Shown here piece after piece: positions 8,433 to 19,101 of a DNA stretch of 64,000 bases (position 1 is the stretch's first letter; each line of letters begins with the position of its first letter). The notes under the pieces were generated by a model. The model had not been told where the DNA came from. It ran no database searches and saw nothing but the letters and a program-made list of their open reading frames with translations. The DNA is from Candidatus Ozemobacteraceae bacterium. Its GTDB lineage: Bacteria > Muiribacteriota > Ozemobacteria > Ozemobacterales > Ozemobacteraceae. A program made the translations under genes and the position numbers. The stretch spans positions 3,872,001 through 3,936,000 of the forward strand of contig OZ223236.1 in NCBI GenBank assembly GCA_965140445.1, in the 5' to 3' direction.

Positions 8433-10469
8433 TTAACACCCCGCGCTTTTTCTCTTAGGCTTCTCTGCCGGAGCAGTTTCACGTGGAACAGAATTACCAG
8501 AAGGAGTTACAGACTCACCTCCATAGCTTGGGGCAGAGGGGCTAACATTTTTCCCAGTTGAAGGACTTATCATGGTTTCTCCAAATTTCATTTCAACTTC
8601 TCGCCAAATTGATTCCACGCCACCAATAACCGCTTTAATATTTCTTTTTGTCTTTCGCGAAAGAATCCCGGCAACCATCATTGCCAGTGTTCCGTCCCTG
8701 TCAATGATAATAAGTGGTACATCGCCAGCCAGATAAGTTAAGTTTTCAAGAACATCTGAAATATCAGCAGCTCTTGCACCAGTTGGATTATATCTTTCAA
8801 CTTGTGATTTAGGCCTGATATCAATAATCTCCACAGTTCCTGGCAAGTCTTTAATTATCTCAAGCAAAGCCTTTGCGGAAATTCTTTCTGGTAAGCCGAG
8901 ACTTCTATATGTCTCATGACTCTGTGTCGTATTTGCACTTTCAACATCGCGAATAACTGGATAACCAGCTTCAATCCATGCATCTGCGCCACCTTCCATG
9001 CTCATCGCGCTTTTAAACCCATTTCTCTCCAGAAGTCCAACCGCAAGACTTGATCTAAATGCTGAGTTGCATACAGCTACAATCTTATCATTTTTGTTTA
9101 ATCTGCCAGGCGCAATGGCTGCTAATTCATTTAACGGAATATTTACAACTTCGCCAATTCTCATTCCAGTCCATTCTTTTGGCAAACGAACATCAACAAT
9201 TAATGGAGCTTTTTTTGCAACCATCTGGGCATATAAATCAGAGGGCTTTATCATCGGCGAGGAAGAAGTCTTTACCCCTGATTTTATATAGTCTTTAAAA
9301 TCTACATAGGAAGTTTTATATCCTATTCTCTTTAATCTTGTTGCAGCTTCAAAGGTTTCTTTTTCGTTCCCAACTACAACAAGGTTTGAACCCCAGGGAA
9401 CTATTATTCCAGTCCAGGTTTCAAATCTGCCTCTTAATGCAATATTTACTGAGTTAGGAATATGGGAAGTAGAATATTCTTCAGCACTCCTGGTATCTAC
9501 AACATAAAACTGATTTTTATCAGAAAGAGATGGGTAATCAAGAATCTTATCCTTGTATGGAGCTTTCCAATCAACAATTTCAGGGCCCTCTCTATTTATT
9601 CTGGCGTTCTCTCCAAAATACCCTGGCGCTTTACCTAAACCAGAAATAACACTGGCAATGAATGCAGATCTATCGGCGGAATTCTTCAAATAAAAATTAG
9701 AAACCTTTTCCTGGCCAATGGTTGAAGAAGGCTCTTCACTCAAATGTGCTCCGCAAAGAGAGCCTGCACCATGAGCAGGCAAAACAACGGTATCATCTGG
9801 AAGTTTTGCCAGCTTGTTATTCCACGAATCAAGTAACATTTCAGCTAATTCAGAGGCAGAAACTGTTCCACCCATTAAATCCGGGCGTCCAACTCCGCCT
9901 ACAAACAATGTGTCCCCTGAAAAGAGAAATTGCTTTTTATCAGGCGAGCTTTCTGGAGAAACTACTGCGCAAAGTCCATCAGGTGTGTGCCCTGGTGTTT
10001 CAATAATTGTTAATCTGGCTTTTCCTACTTTTATGGTAGTGCCTTCCATTACCTGAACATGAGGAAACAATGCCCCACTCTTATGACCAGCATAAATTGG
10101 TGCACCAGTTGCTAGTGCCATTTCCCGATGACCAGCAATAAAATCTGCGTGAGAATGGGTCAGAAAAACCCCAGCCCATTCAAGATTATTTTTTTTGGCA
10201 TAATCAAGATAAGCTTGAATATCCCGACCAGGATCTACAATCAAGGCTTTCCCATCACTATCCAGGATGTAGGAATAATGAGAAAGAACTGCCAGATTAA
10301 ACTGTGCAACTCTATAATTTTCGCCTTGAAAAACTCCTTGAACAACATATTGAGCTGCATCATAACCATGTGTGGCAGATTCAGCATCCTTTATGCCTTC
10401 ACAAATCCCCGGTAATGCAGTTAATAAAAAAATGGAAATGGTTAGAAAAAAAAGTCGGTAAATTTTCAT
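8433..10469 (-). CDS. MBL-fold persulfide dioxygenase-like protein with rhodanese domains and a signal peptide
   Basis: VDPGRD, THSHADF, TPGHT, FSGDTLF, GRPDL, PAHGAGSLCG; rhodanese CNSAFRS; C-terminal KRKSAGC. Confidence 0.85.
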   Translation of the reverse strand: MKIYRLFFLTISIFLLTALPGICEGIKDAESATHGYDAAQYVVQGVFQGENYRVAQFNLAVLSHYSYILDSDGKALIVDPGRDIQAYLDYAKKNNLEWAGVFLTHSHADFIAGHREMALATGAPIYAGHKSGALFPHVQVMEGTTIKVGKARLTIIETPGHTPDGLCAVVSPESSPDKKQFLFSGDTLFVGGVGRPDLMGGTVSASELAEMLLDSWNNKLAKLPDDTVVLPAHGAGSLCGAHLSEEPSSTIGQEKVSNFYLKNSADRSAFIASVISGLGKAPGYFGENARINREGPEIVDWKAPYKDKILDYPSLSDKNQFYVVDTRSAEEYSTSHIPNSVNIALRGRFETWTGIIVPWGSNLVVVGNEKETFEAATRLKRIGYKTSYVDFKDYIKSGVKTSSSPMIKPSDLYAQMVAKKAPLIVDVRLPKEWTGMRIGEVVNIPLNELAAIAPGRLNKNDKIVAVCNSAFRSSLAVGLLERNGFKSAMSMEGGADAWIEAGYPVIRDVESANTTQSHETYRSLGLPERISAKALLEIIKDLPGTVEIIDIRPKSQVERYNPTGARAADISDVLENLTYLAGDVPLIIIDRDGTLAMMVAGILSRKTKRNIKAVIGGVESIWREVEMKFGETMISPSTGKNVSPSAPSYGGESVTPSGNSVPRETAPAEKPKRKSAGC

Positions 10470-10694
10470 ATGCCCCCCTCGAATCGAAAAAGTCCAATTC
10501 TATTCAGCTGACTGCGCTGCAAAAGTTCTCAAATTCTCTCATTACAGTTTAAACAATCCCGCTTTTCGGAATAACTTTTTTCTGTCGTGACATTTTAGCA
10601 TATTCTTATATACATGAACATCAAGACGGTTAAGTTTTTATCTGAAGGAAATAATCTATCTAGGAGAGGAGAGCTAAAATATGCAAATGGAGGA

Positions 10695-11219
10695 TTAAAA
10701 ATCCCAAAAAATCGTAATTAGCACAATTGGCAGCAAAACAAAAAGAATTCGGGGTATCCCACCAATTTTTTCTTCAACCAGCAAAATTGACAATCTAATT
10801 GCCAGGTCAGTTTCAGAAAGAACCTGAGTCAATGCAAATGCTGCAAAAACAGCCAGTATTATGGGTAACAATCTGTAGTTTCGAACTTTAACTTTTCCAA
10901 AATCTGACCATAAAGCATTCGCCTTCCAGCTGACATTCATTCCTGGTTTGGCGCGGTTTAGCATTCTTTCTGTGACCTCAACTGGGTCCCCTGAATCAAG
11001 TTTTATAAAATGTCTTACTGCCTTTCGTCCTGTTGAATATGCGCTTTCTACCACACCGCTATTTGCTGGAAGAAAAGCAAGAACTCTAAATTCCCGGAAA
11101 ACTGTAAAATAAACCGAAAAGCCAATTATAATGCCAAGAATTACTTTCAAGGTATGAAGATGCTCCCTCGGACTTCTTCCTGATTCCAATGCCACATCCA
11201 GATCCATGAATTCCTCCAT
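10695..11219 (-). CDS. hypothetical membrane protein
   Basis: 174-aa ORF with 3 hydrophobic segments. Confidence 0.55.
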   Translation of the reverse strand: MEEFMDLDVALESGRSPREHLHTLKVILGIIIGFSVYFTVFREFRVLAFLPANSGVVESAYSTGRKAVRHFIKLDSGDPVEVTERMLNRAKPGMNVSWKANALWSDFGKVKVRNYRLLPIILAVFAAFALTQVLSETDLAIRLSILLVEEKIGGIPRILFVLLPIVLITIFWDF

Positions 11220-11376
11220 ACAGCTAAAACTTCCTGATCTTCCAAAAAATTAACACTATAAAAATGTCGGAGCAACTAAATTTCTTATCCATGAAGAGTT
11301 TACAAATTGTTTAAATCAAATTTTCAAATTCATTATATGTAATTTACCGCGCAAAAAAATTGGGGTAGTATTTTTC

Positions 11377-11937
11377 ATGGAACATTTTCCAACACTAACT
11401 ACAAATAGATTGATCCTTCGGGAAATTGTTGCTTCGGATGCCTCAAAACTATTCGAAATCTACAGCAATAAAGATGCTATGAGATTTTTTGGAGCAGACC
11501 CAATCGAAGCTGTTGAAGAAGCTGAAAAACTAATTGAGATTTTTGCCAATTGGCGCAAATCTTCTAATCCTGGAATACGTTGGGGAATTGAAAGAAAAAG
11601 TGATCATAAACTAATAGGAACCTGCGGCTTATTTAAATGGAATAGGAACTGGCGATCCTGTAGCACTGCTTTTGAGCTAAGTGAGGCAGCCCAGGGAAAT
11701 GGATTCATGCAGGAAGCTATTTATTCGGCCTTTTCATGGGGATTTGAAACAATGAGTTTAAATAGAATCGAAGCTTTGGTACACCCACAAAACCACTCTT
11801 CTCAAAAGCTTTTACACAAATTGGGGTTTAAAAAAGAAGGAATTCTGCGCGAAGCCGGCTTTTGGAATGGAAAACATCATGATTTAATTCAATTTGCATT
11901 ATTGCGAAGTGAATTTGGTTTGCCGAAGGAAACCTAA
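11377..11937 (+). CDS. RimJ/RimL-family GNAT N-acetyltransferase
   Basis: FPTLTTNRLILR, LIGTCG, GNGFMQEA, N..SQKLLHKLGF..EG. Confidence 0.9.
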   Translation: MEHFPTLTTNRLILREIVASDASKLFEIYSNKDAMRFFGADPIEAVEEAEKLIEIFANWRKSSNPGIRWGIERKSDHKLIGTCGLFKWNRNWRSCSTAFELSEAAQGNGFMQEAIYSAFSWGFETMSLNRIEALVHPQNHSSQKLLHKLGFKKEGILREAGFWNGKHHDLIQFALLRSEFGLPKET

Positions 11938-12069
11938 AAAATGAGCAAAGAGACCACCCTCCAACTGGTCTATGGAAAAGTAAAAAAGGCCATAAATCTT
12001 ACATTTATGACCTTCAATACAAAACACCACCAGAAATTAAAAAAGCAAGCCAGTCCTTTGAGTTATATA

Positions 12070-13848
12070 CTAATCCGCAGTGAGTAGTCCCTTTATTTCA
12101 ATTTCATATTGATGAGCACCCAAGCCCGTTAAAAGGTGCACAATATTATCTTCCAGCTTCATTACACCTTTTACTCCATTTTCCAAAAGCATTTCCCGAT
12201 TCAATTCACCAAAGCTCTGCAGCTTTAATCGCAATCTGGTTTCAGCACAAGCTTTTACCTCAACCAGGTTTTCTTTACCACCAACAGCTTTTAACCATTC
12301 AAGGCATTTTTCCCTTGCTTCCGGGTCACTGGCAACAGACGGGAATCCAGCCACTTCAGCTTTTGGAGAAGACGCTCTTAAGTCTTTTTCAATCTCTGCC
12401 TCGTCTCCGGCAACTGCAAGATATTCTTCCATTTCAGTTCTTAGAATCTCTGATCTAGTACCAAAAATAGCCTGCAAGCCAGTTCCCACATCAACAACTC
12501 CAACAGCTCCTAGCTTTTTAAGTCTATCCTGGTCAGCAAGACCAGTGTCTTTAAGCTCCATGCGTAAGCGAGTTATACATGCATCAAGGCTTACAATATT
12601 ACTTTTTCCCCCAAAAGCTAGAACAAGCTGGCGCGTAAATTCATTTTCTGCCATTACCGACATATCCACTTCGGCCTCAACTTCCCGACCTGGAGTTTTT
12701 AAGTCAAACTTCAGAATGACAAACTTAAAAACGAAAAAATACATTGCTGCCCAAATAGGCCCAATTAACAACATCCATGCTCCATGAGTTGATTTGGAAA
12801 ACAAGATTACATAGTCAATAAAACCATGTGAAAACGTCATTCCATGCTTAATTCCAACCGCTATACAAAAATAATAAGCAACCCCCGCCAAAACAGCGTG
12901 AACTCCATACAAAGCTGGTGCAAGGAAAAGAAAAGAGAATTCTATTGGCTCAGTAATTCCGGTTAAAAATGAAGTAAGAGCAGCAGAACCCATTATACCG
13001 CCAACCTTTGCCTTATTCTCAGGTTTAGCGGTGTACCAGATTGCCAAAGCTCCGGCAGGCAACCCAAACATTTTAAAAAGATAACCACCAGCCATGTTTC
13101 CAGCAGTTGGATCTCCAGCAGCAAAGCGATGTAATTCGCCTCTAATAATTTCTCCGTTGGAAGTTACAAATTCACCCACTTCAAAAAAGAATGGAGCGTT
13201 CCATATGTGGTGTAAACCAAATGGTAATAAAGCCCTCTCGATAACGCCATATATAGCAAATGCTGTAGCTGGACTTTCTGAAGAAGCCCAACGTGAAAAT
13301 TTTGCAATCAACCCACCAATTGGAGGCCAAACAAGACTTAGAACCAGACCAAGAGCTATAGCAGCGAAAGAAGTCAAAATTGGAACCAATCTTTTCCCAG
13401 AAAAGAAACCAAGATAAGGCGGCAGCTGAACCCGGTAAAATCGATTAAACAGCCAGGCAGCTATCAATCCAGCCAAAACCCCACCCAATACGCCCGTATC
13501 AATTGATTGCATACCCATAACATTTCGGGTTTCGAAACCATATACTCCAGCCATAACTCCCATGGTTGCGACCATAACAGCATAGCCAACCAGTCCCGCA
13601 AGAGCAGCAACCCCATCGTTATTGGTTAAGCCAAGACAAACTCCCAAAGCACAAATAACAGGTAAGTTTGAAAAAATAGCTCCCCCAGCCTGCGCCATGG
13701 TTTTTGATACCACCAAAGGGATAATACTGAATTCAGAGCTACCAACTCCAAGCAAGATACCCGCGACCGGTAAAACAGAAACAGGCAACATCATGGATTT
13801 CCCTATTTTTTGCAGAGTTACAAAAATGCTTTGCAATATCTTTTTCAT
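12070..13848 (-). CDS. ptsG: PTS glucose-family EIIC with two EIIB domains
   Basis: [44 protein letters not shown] and a second KACAETRLR. Confidence 0.88.
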   Translation of the reverse strand: MKKILQSIFVTLQKIGKSMMLPVSVLPVAGILLGVGSSEFSIIPLVVSKTMAQAGGAIFSNLPVICALGVCLGLTNNDGVAALAGLVGYAVMVATMGVMAGVYGFETRNVMGMQSIDTGVLGGVLAGLIAAWLFNRFYRVQLPPYLGFFSGKRLVPILTSFAAIALGLVLSLVWPPIGGLIAKFSRWASSESPATAFAIYGVIERALLPFGLHHIWNAPFFFEVGEFVTSNGEIIRGELHRFAAGDPTAGNMAGGYLFKMFGLPAGALAIWYTAKPENKAKVGGIMGSAALTSFLTGITEPIEFSFLFLAPALYGVHAVLAGVAYYFCIAVGIKHGMTFSHGFIDYVILFSKSTHGAWMLLIGPIWAAMYFFVFKFVILKFDLKTPGREVEAEVDMSVMAENEFTRQLVLAFGGKSNIVSLDACITRLRMELKDTGLADQDRLKKLGAVGVVDVGTGLQAIFGTRSEILRTEMEEYLAVAGDEAEIEKDLRASSPKAEVAGFPSVASDPEAREKCLEWLKAVGGKENLVEVKACAETRLRLKLQSFGELNREMLLENGVKGVMKLEDNIVHLLTGLGAHQYEIEIKGLLTAD

Positions 13849-16391
13849 TATTTGCCACCTCTTTCTGCATCAAGAAATTTCTTAATCGAAGCTCTCACAG
13901 AATCTGCATCCGATCGTTTCATGGCTTCGCGAACAATGTTTTCACACGCTTTTTGGGAAAGCTTTCTGACAAGAGCTTTTACTGTTGCTATAACTGGAAT
14001 ATCAACACTAAGCTTGTAAACTCCCAAACCAATTAAAGCCACAATTCCCTCAATATCGCTAGCAAGGCCTCCACAGACACTAATTTCGATTCCCTGCTCA
14101 TTAGCGGCTTTCGCCACCATATCTATCAAACGAAGAATAGAGGGATGTAAAGCATCTATTTTACCCGCCATTTTTGGATGACCGCGATCCATTGCCAAAA
14201 CGTATTGACTCAAATCATTGGTACCGATCGAAAAGAAATCTGTTTCCGCAGCAAAACAATCTGCCAAAAGCGCGGCAGAAGGAACTTCAATCATCATTCC
14301 GGCTTTAATTAATGGAACTCCCATACTCTCAGCTGTTTGTTGCAGAATCTTTCGAGATTGCCTCCATTCATCAATATCAGCAATCATTGGAAACATAACT
14401 CTTACATCATAATCTTTCGCTACCCTCAATATAGCTCGAAGCTGTGTTATAAAAATTTCTGGCCGATTCAGGCATACTCTAATCCCCCGTTCACCAAGAA
14501 ATGGATTATCTTCTCGAGGTATGGGCAAATAAGCCAACGGCTTGTCCCCACCCACATCAAGGGTTCGAATAATAATTGGCGCATCCTTCCCCATTTGTTT
14601 TGCAACCTGCAGATAAGCTTCATACTGTTCCTCTTCATCTGGAGCAACAGCGCGGTTCATAAAAAGGAATTCTGACCTGAGCAGTCCAATCCCCTCTGCA
14701 CCCAGCTTAATAGCCTGCTGTGCAGAGCCTATGTCTCCGAGGTTGGCCACCACTTTAACTTGAATGCCATCAAGAGTTTTTGCAATTTCAGAAGCGTGAG
14801 AGCGCTCTTCCTCACGAATTTTTTCCTCAATTTTGATTGCATTTTCAAAGCTCGCAACCTCATCCTCATCCGGCTTAATAGTTAACAAGCCTTTATTCCC
14901 GTCAACCACAACCAGGGTTCCATTTTCAATCTCGAGCGCAGCCGGGTCCAGTCCTACAATAGCAGGCAATCCCATTGATCTTGCTAATATGGCTACATGC
15001 GAAGTCGCTCCGCCTGAAATAGTACAACAAGCTACAACTAACTCCTTGTCCAAACTAACAATATTTGATGGGGTTAAATCCTCTGCGATAATCACCTGTT
15101 TATCAGTAATATTCAAACTCTGCTCTTCTATTGAAAGAAGAATCCTTAGAACTCTGTACCCTAAGTCTTTTAAGTCATTTGCGCGAGCTGCCAATAGTTG
15201 ATTATTCAGACTTTCAAGTCTCGTAGCATGAGTTGTAAAAGCCTTATTCCAGGCAAAAGCCGCACTCTTACCTGCAACTATTCCCCGGTCAACCAATTCA
15301 ATCAGTTCTGGATCATCAATAAGTTCCATATGGGCAGAAAAAATAGCTGCCCGCTCAGGGTTACCTGATTTTTTTAATTTGTCGCAAAGAGAAGAAAGCT
15401 GAAGAATAGCCGTTTGGGAAGCATTTCTAAAATCTTCTTGCTCCTTCTTTGCGCCATTACCTTTTTCAGGAATATCGTATTCCTGATTTTTCAGTTTTAA
15501 AACCTTACCAATTGCCAATCCGCGAGAGGCACCAATACCAGACAGTTGCCCTTCTCGGGTTACTATTCCCTTCTCAAAATTCCTCTGCTCCTGCGCCGCT
15601 GCTGACAAATCTTCTCCAAGTCCTTCTTTTAGCCTTGGCAGAATGTATTCAATGGCTTCCTTTGCATCTATTCCAGTGGCAACCAGAACTACTTTTTCAT
15701 CTTTTTCAACTTCTAGTGCCATAATTGCAGAAACACTGCGAGCATTTGCACTTTTATCACCCTTTTTAATCTGCAGCTGACAGTTGAATTGTCTTGCCAG
15801 TCCAGCCAAAATAGAAGCTGGGCGGGCATGAATACCAGATGGATTTACTATCACAACAGCATCTGACACAAGTGATTTAAAGCTCTTTTCATCATTTTTT
15901 TCTTTTCCAGCTCCCAGTGGAACATATGAAAAAACAATGCTCTCACCGACCTCAATATTTCCGGTCCCAAAACTTATGTTTTGAACGGAATCCATATTTG
16001 CAATCAAAACCTGGGTCAGCAAACTACGTGCATTCGTAGCAATAAAATCTGCATCAAACTTAATCAAGGCTTGTCCAATAGATACAGATTCACCTTTTTT
16101 TACCAGAGCTTCAAATCCCTTTCCACCAAGTTTTACAGTATCAAGACCAATGTGGATAAGAATTTCAACCCCATCACAGGTTTTTATCGTTAATGCGTGT
16201 CCAGCAGAATGAAGTTGAATTACTTCACCGGCAACTGGGGCTTTAAGAACGTTACTCAAAGGATCAATCGAAACTCCATCGCCAACCATCTTCTGAGCAA
16301 AAACTGGGTCGGGCACCATTTCCAAAGGTATTAAAACGCCTGAAAGCGGAGCAATAACGTTAACCAAATCTGGTATTGAAGCTTTCGCCAT
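13848..16391 (-). CDS. ptsP: multiphosphoryl transfer protein EIIA(Glc)-HPr-EI
   Basis: [12 protein letters not shown] and HIGLDT (EIIA), GIHARPA (HPr), [13 protein letters not shown] and GIGLLRSE...FSIGTNDL (EI); start ATG 16391 after GGAG. Confidence 0.9.
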   Translation of the reverse strand: MAKASIPDLVNVIAPLSGVLIPLEMVPDPVFAQKMVGDGVSIDPLSNVLKAPVAGEVIQLHSAGHALTIKTCDGVEILIHIGLDTVKLGGKGFEALVKKGESVSIGQALIKFDADFIATNARSLLTQVLIANMDSVQNISFGTGNIEVGESIVFSYVPLGAGKEKNDEKSFKSLVSDAVVIVNPSGIHARPASILAGLARQFNCQLQIKKGDKSANARSVSAIMALEVEKDEKVVLVATGIDAKEAIEYILPRLKEGLGEDLSAAAQEQRNFEKGIVTREGQLSGIGASRGLAIGKVLKLKNQEYDIPEKGNGAKKEQEDFRNASQTAILQLSSLCDKLKKSGNPERAAIFSAHMELIDDPELIELVDRGIVAGKSAAFAWNKAFTTHATRLESLNNQLLAARANDLKDLGYRVLRILLSIEEQSLNITDKQVIIAEDLTPSNIVSLDKELVVACCTISGGATSHVAILARSMGLPAIVGLDPAALEIENGTLVVVDGNKGLLTIKPDEDEVASFENAIKIEEKIREEERSHASEIAKTLDGIQVKVVANLGDIGSAQQAIKLGAEGIGLLRSEFLFMNRAVAPDEEEQYEAYLQVAKQMGKDAPIIIRTLDVGGDKPLAYLPIPREDNPFLGERGIRVCLNRPEIFITQLRAILRVAKDYDVRVMFPMIADIDEWRQSRKILQQTAESMGVPLIKAGMMIEVPSAALLADCFAAETDFFSIGTNDLSQYVLAMDRGHPKMAGKIDALHPSILRLIDMVAKAANEQGIEISVCGGLASDIEGIVALIGLGVYKLSVDIPVIATVKALVRKLSQKACENIVREAMKRSDADSVRASIKKFLDAERGGK

Positions 16392-16570
16392 TAAGTTTTC
16401 TCCAGTCAAATTTAATTCTAACTAATTCTAACAAACCATTACTTCATGAGCTATTTAATTTGAAGAAACCAACAGCTTTACTCCAGAATTCCTTATTCCT
16501 GTCTCCACAGGTTATCATTTTGCGTTTCTCCCCCAAAAAATGCTATAGTCCGCTCAGAAAGGATTTTAAA

Positions 16571-17086
16571 TTGAGCAACTCAATCAATTCAAAAAAAGGG
16601 CAGGCACAACCTGGCTGTTTATTTGGCTGCGGCATTCCCTTGTTAGTGTTTGGATTAGGCATTATTTTTACCAGCCTTTGGGCCTTTGTTACTTATGCCC
16701 GTTCAGGAAGCTGGGAAAAAGTTGATGCAATCGTTACTCAAGCTTCAGTTCAAAGATCTGTAAGTAATCGTGGTGGAGTAAGTTACTACCTTGTTGGCAA
16801 ATACAAATATGAGTTTAATGGAAAAAAATATACCGGAACGAGACTTTTCATAGACTCTTCACCTGCCCAATGCGAGGCAGCGTTACGACACGAAATCCAA
16901 AAAATGGAAAGTCACCTTAAATCCGGAAAACCCATGAAAATCTTTGTTAATCCTTCAAATCCAGAAGACACAATTGTATTTAGGCAACTTGGCATTTCTG
17001 TTTTTCTAATGCCGATTTTGGGAGTTATATTGCTATTTCCAGGCTACGTTTTCCTTGTCGAAGGTATAGGAAAAATCAGGAGATGA
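16571..17086 (+). CDS. DUF3592-like membrane protein
   Basis: TM-W..V.A.V...YKYEFNGKKYTG...IFVNPSNPE-TM; probable TTG start 16571 after AAAGGA. Confidence 0.7.
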   Translation: MSNSINSKKGQAQPGCLFGCGIPLLVFGLGIIFTSLWAFVTYARSGSWEKVDAIVTQASVQRSVSNRGGVSYYLVGKYKYEFNGKKYTGTRLFIDSSPAQCEAALRHEIQKMESHLKSGKPMKIFVNPSNPEDTIVFRQLGISVFLMPILGVILLFPGYVFLVEGIGKIRR

Positions 17087-17373
17087 TTGCCAACGAAAGA
17101 CAAAAGTTTGTATATTAAAAACGACTGGGAAGTTACTTAAAGCTTTTTGTTGTTAAATAATTACAAAAACTCTTTAGTTTTCTGTGCTATAAGTTGCACT
17201 TTTACCCCTTAAGCATTACTATATGCTCTGATTTGAAGTTGATGTTTTTCTTAACAATACTCTGGGGACTCAGCTCAAAACAAACGTTAGAATGAAATTG
17301 CATTCGACAACTCCCCCTGCGCTTTATGGGAAACCAAGCACCCATTTAGTTTTTATTCATACTGGAGCAACTC

Positions 17374-18957
17374 ATGATCAGCACAGAAAACCTCGGACTC
17401 AGCTTTGGCAGTAATAAACTCTTTGATGGAGTAAACATTAAATTTCTTCCAGGAAACTGTTATGGCTTAATTGGTGCCAATGGTTCAGGCAAATCCACAT
17501 TCTTAAAAATCCTTTCTGGCGAGATTTCCAGCACTACAGGGAGCGTAAATATTGGCCCCAACGAAAGAATCGCAACCTTAAAGCAGAATCATTTTGAGTA
17601 TGAAGACGTTCAGGTCCTTCAAGTCGTAATGATGGGTTACCCAGAGCTATATTCTGTCTTAACAGAAAAAGAAGAGCTTTATGCGAAAGCTGATTTTACC
17701 GAAGCAGACGGAACCCGTGCTGGCGAACTAGAAAGCCTTTGCGCTGAAATGAATGGTTGGGAAGCAGAGGCAAATGCCGCAACCTTGCTCGCAGGACTCG
17801 GCATAAAAACTGAGTTGCATAGTCTTCTCATGAGAGAGTTGACCGATTCTCAAAAAGTAAAAGTGCTCTTAGCCCAAGCCCTTTTTGGTGACCCGGACAT
17901 ACTTTTGCTGGATGAACCTACAAACCATCTTGACGTGGCTGCAATCCGCTGGGTTGAAAACTTCCTATTAAACTTTGATAAAACAGTAATCGTTGTATCT
18001 CATGACCGCCACTTTCTGAATCAAGTTTGTACCCACATGGCTGACATTGATTTTGGAAATATTACGCTTTATACCGGCAACTATGACTTCTGGTATGAAT
18101 CCAGTCAACTGGCTCTCAAGCTTCAACAGGATCAAAATAAAAAATTGGCGGATAAAGCTGAGGAGTTAAAGGCCTTCATCGCCAGGTTCAGCGCAAACAA
18201 GTCTAAGTCTTCCCAGGCTACTTCGCGAAGAAAGCAGTTAGAAAAGCTGCAGATCGAAGATATAAAACCTTCGTCCAGACGTTATCCGTTTGTGGGATTT
18301 AGACCTGAACGTGAAGCAGGAGATCAGCTTCTAAGAGTAGAAGGTCTAAGCAAAACAATTGATGGAACCAAGGTTCTCAACAATGTTTCCTTCACTGTTC
18401 ACAAAAAAGACCGAATCGTTTTTGTGGGGGCAAATGAACTCGCAAACACCACCCTGTTTAAAATTCTTATGGGAGAAATGCAAGCTGATTCTGGCACTTT
18501 CAATTGGGGAGTAACAACTTCACAGGCATATTTTCCAAAAGATAACTCCAAGTTTTTTAATGACGGGGAGCTAAATCTAGTGGACTGGCTAAGGCAGTAT
18601 TCAACAGACAAAACCGATACTTTTGTAAGAGGATTTCTTGGCCGAATGCTGTTTTCTGGCGAAGATGCACTTAAAACAACTGATGTTCTATCTGGGGGGG
18701 AAAGAGTTCGCTGTATGCTCGCCAAAATGATGCTGAGTAGTGCAAACGTTCTTTTACTGGACGAGCCGACAAACCACCTGGATCTTGAATCAATTACTGC
18801 ACTAAATAATGGCCTGATGGCTTTCCCAGGGACCATCCTTTTTACCTCTAAAGATCTACAGTTTAACGAAACAATTTCCACCAGAGTTATTGAACTAACT
18901 CCAACAGGACAGGTTGATACAGGCCAAACCTACGAAGAATACTTAAAAGCAATTTAA
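17374..18957 (+). CDS. ybiT: ABC-F family ATPase, YbiT/YkpA type
   Basis: GNCYGLIGANGSGKST, GNYDFWYESSQLA, RFSANKSKSSQATSRRK, IKPSSRRYP. Confidence 0.88.
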   Translation: MISTENLGLSFGSNKLFDGVNIKFLPGNCYGLIGANGSGKSTFLKILSGEISSTTGSVNIGPNERIATLKQNHFEYEDVQVLQVVMMGYPELYSVLTEKEELYAKADFTEADGTRAGELESLCAEMNGWEAEANAATLLAGLGIKTELHSLLMRELTDSQKVKVLLAQALFGDPDILLLDEPTNHLDVAAIRWVENFLLNFDKTVIVVSHDRHFLNQVCTHMADIDFGNITLYTGNYDFWYESSQLALKLQQDQNKKLADKAEELKAFIARFSANKSKSSQATSRRKQLEKLQIEDIKPSSRRYPFVGFRPEREAGDQLLRVEGLSKTIDGTKVLNNVSFTVHKKDRIVFVGANELANTTLFKILMGEMQADSGTFNWGVTTSQAYFPKDNSKFFNDGELNLVDWLRQYSTDKTDTFVRGFLGRMLFSGEDALKTTDVLSGGERVRCMLAKMMLSSANVLLLDEPTNHLDLESITALNNGLMAFPGTILFTSKDLQFNETISTRVIELTPTGQVDTGQTYEEYLKAI

Positions 18958-18978
18958 GTATTTTTATTAGTTATTAAA

Positions 18979-19017
18979 GAAAGCTCCAGAATCACTTTTT
19001 AGATTTTGGAGCTTTTC
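18979..19017 (+). terminator. intrinsic terminator
   Basis: AAAGCTCCAGAATC...GATTTTGGAGCTTTT. Confidence 0.7.
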
Positions 19018-19101
19018 GGTTATAATATGTAACTAGCTTTTACCTTTTGCCCATTAAGAAGAGAAATCATAAAAATTGGCTGCTTATTAACAGGAGTTTT
19101 A

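Noticed and set aside
8433..8445. Selenocysteine at the SAGC C-terminus
   Set aside because: Codons are TGT then TAA; no in-frame TGA
16376..16570. N-terminal extension of the DUF3592 ORF
   Set aside because: Overlaps the divergent PTS start and promoter region; TTG 16571 has an SD
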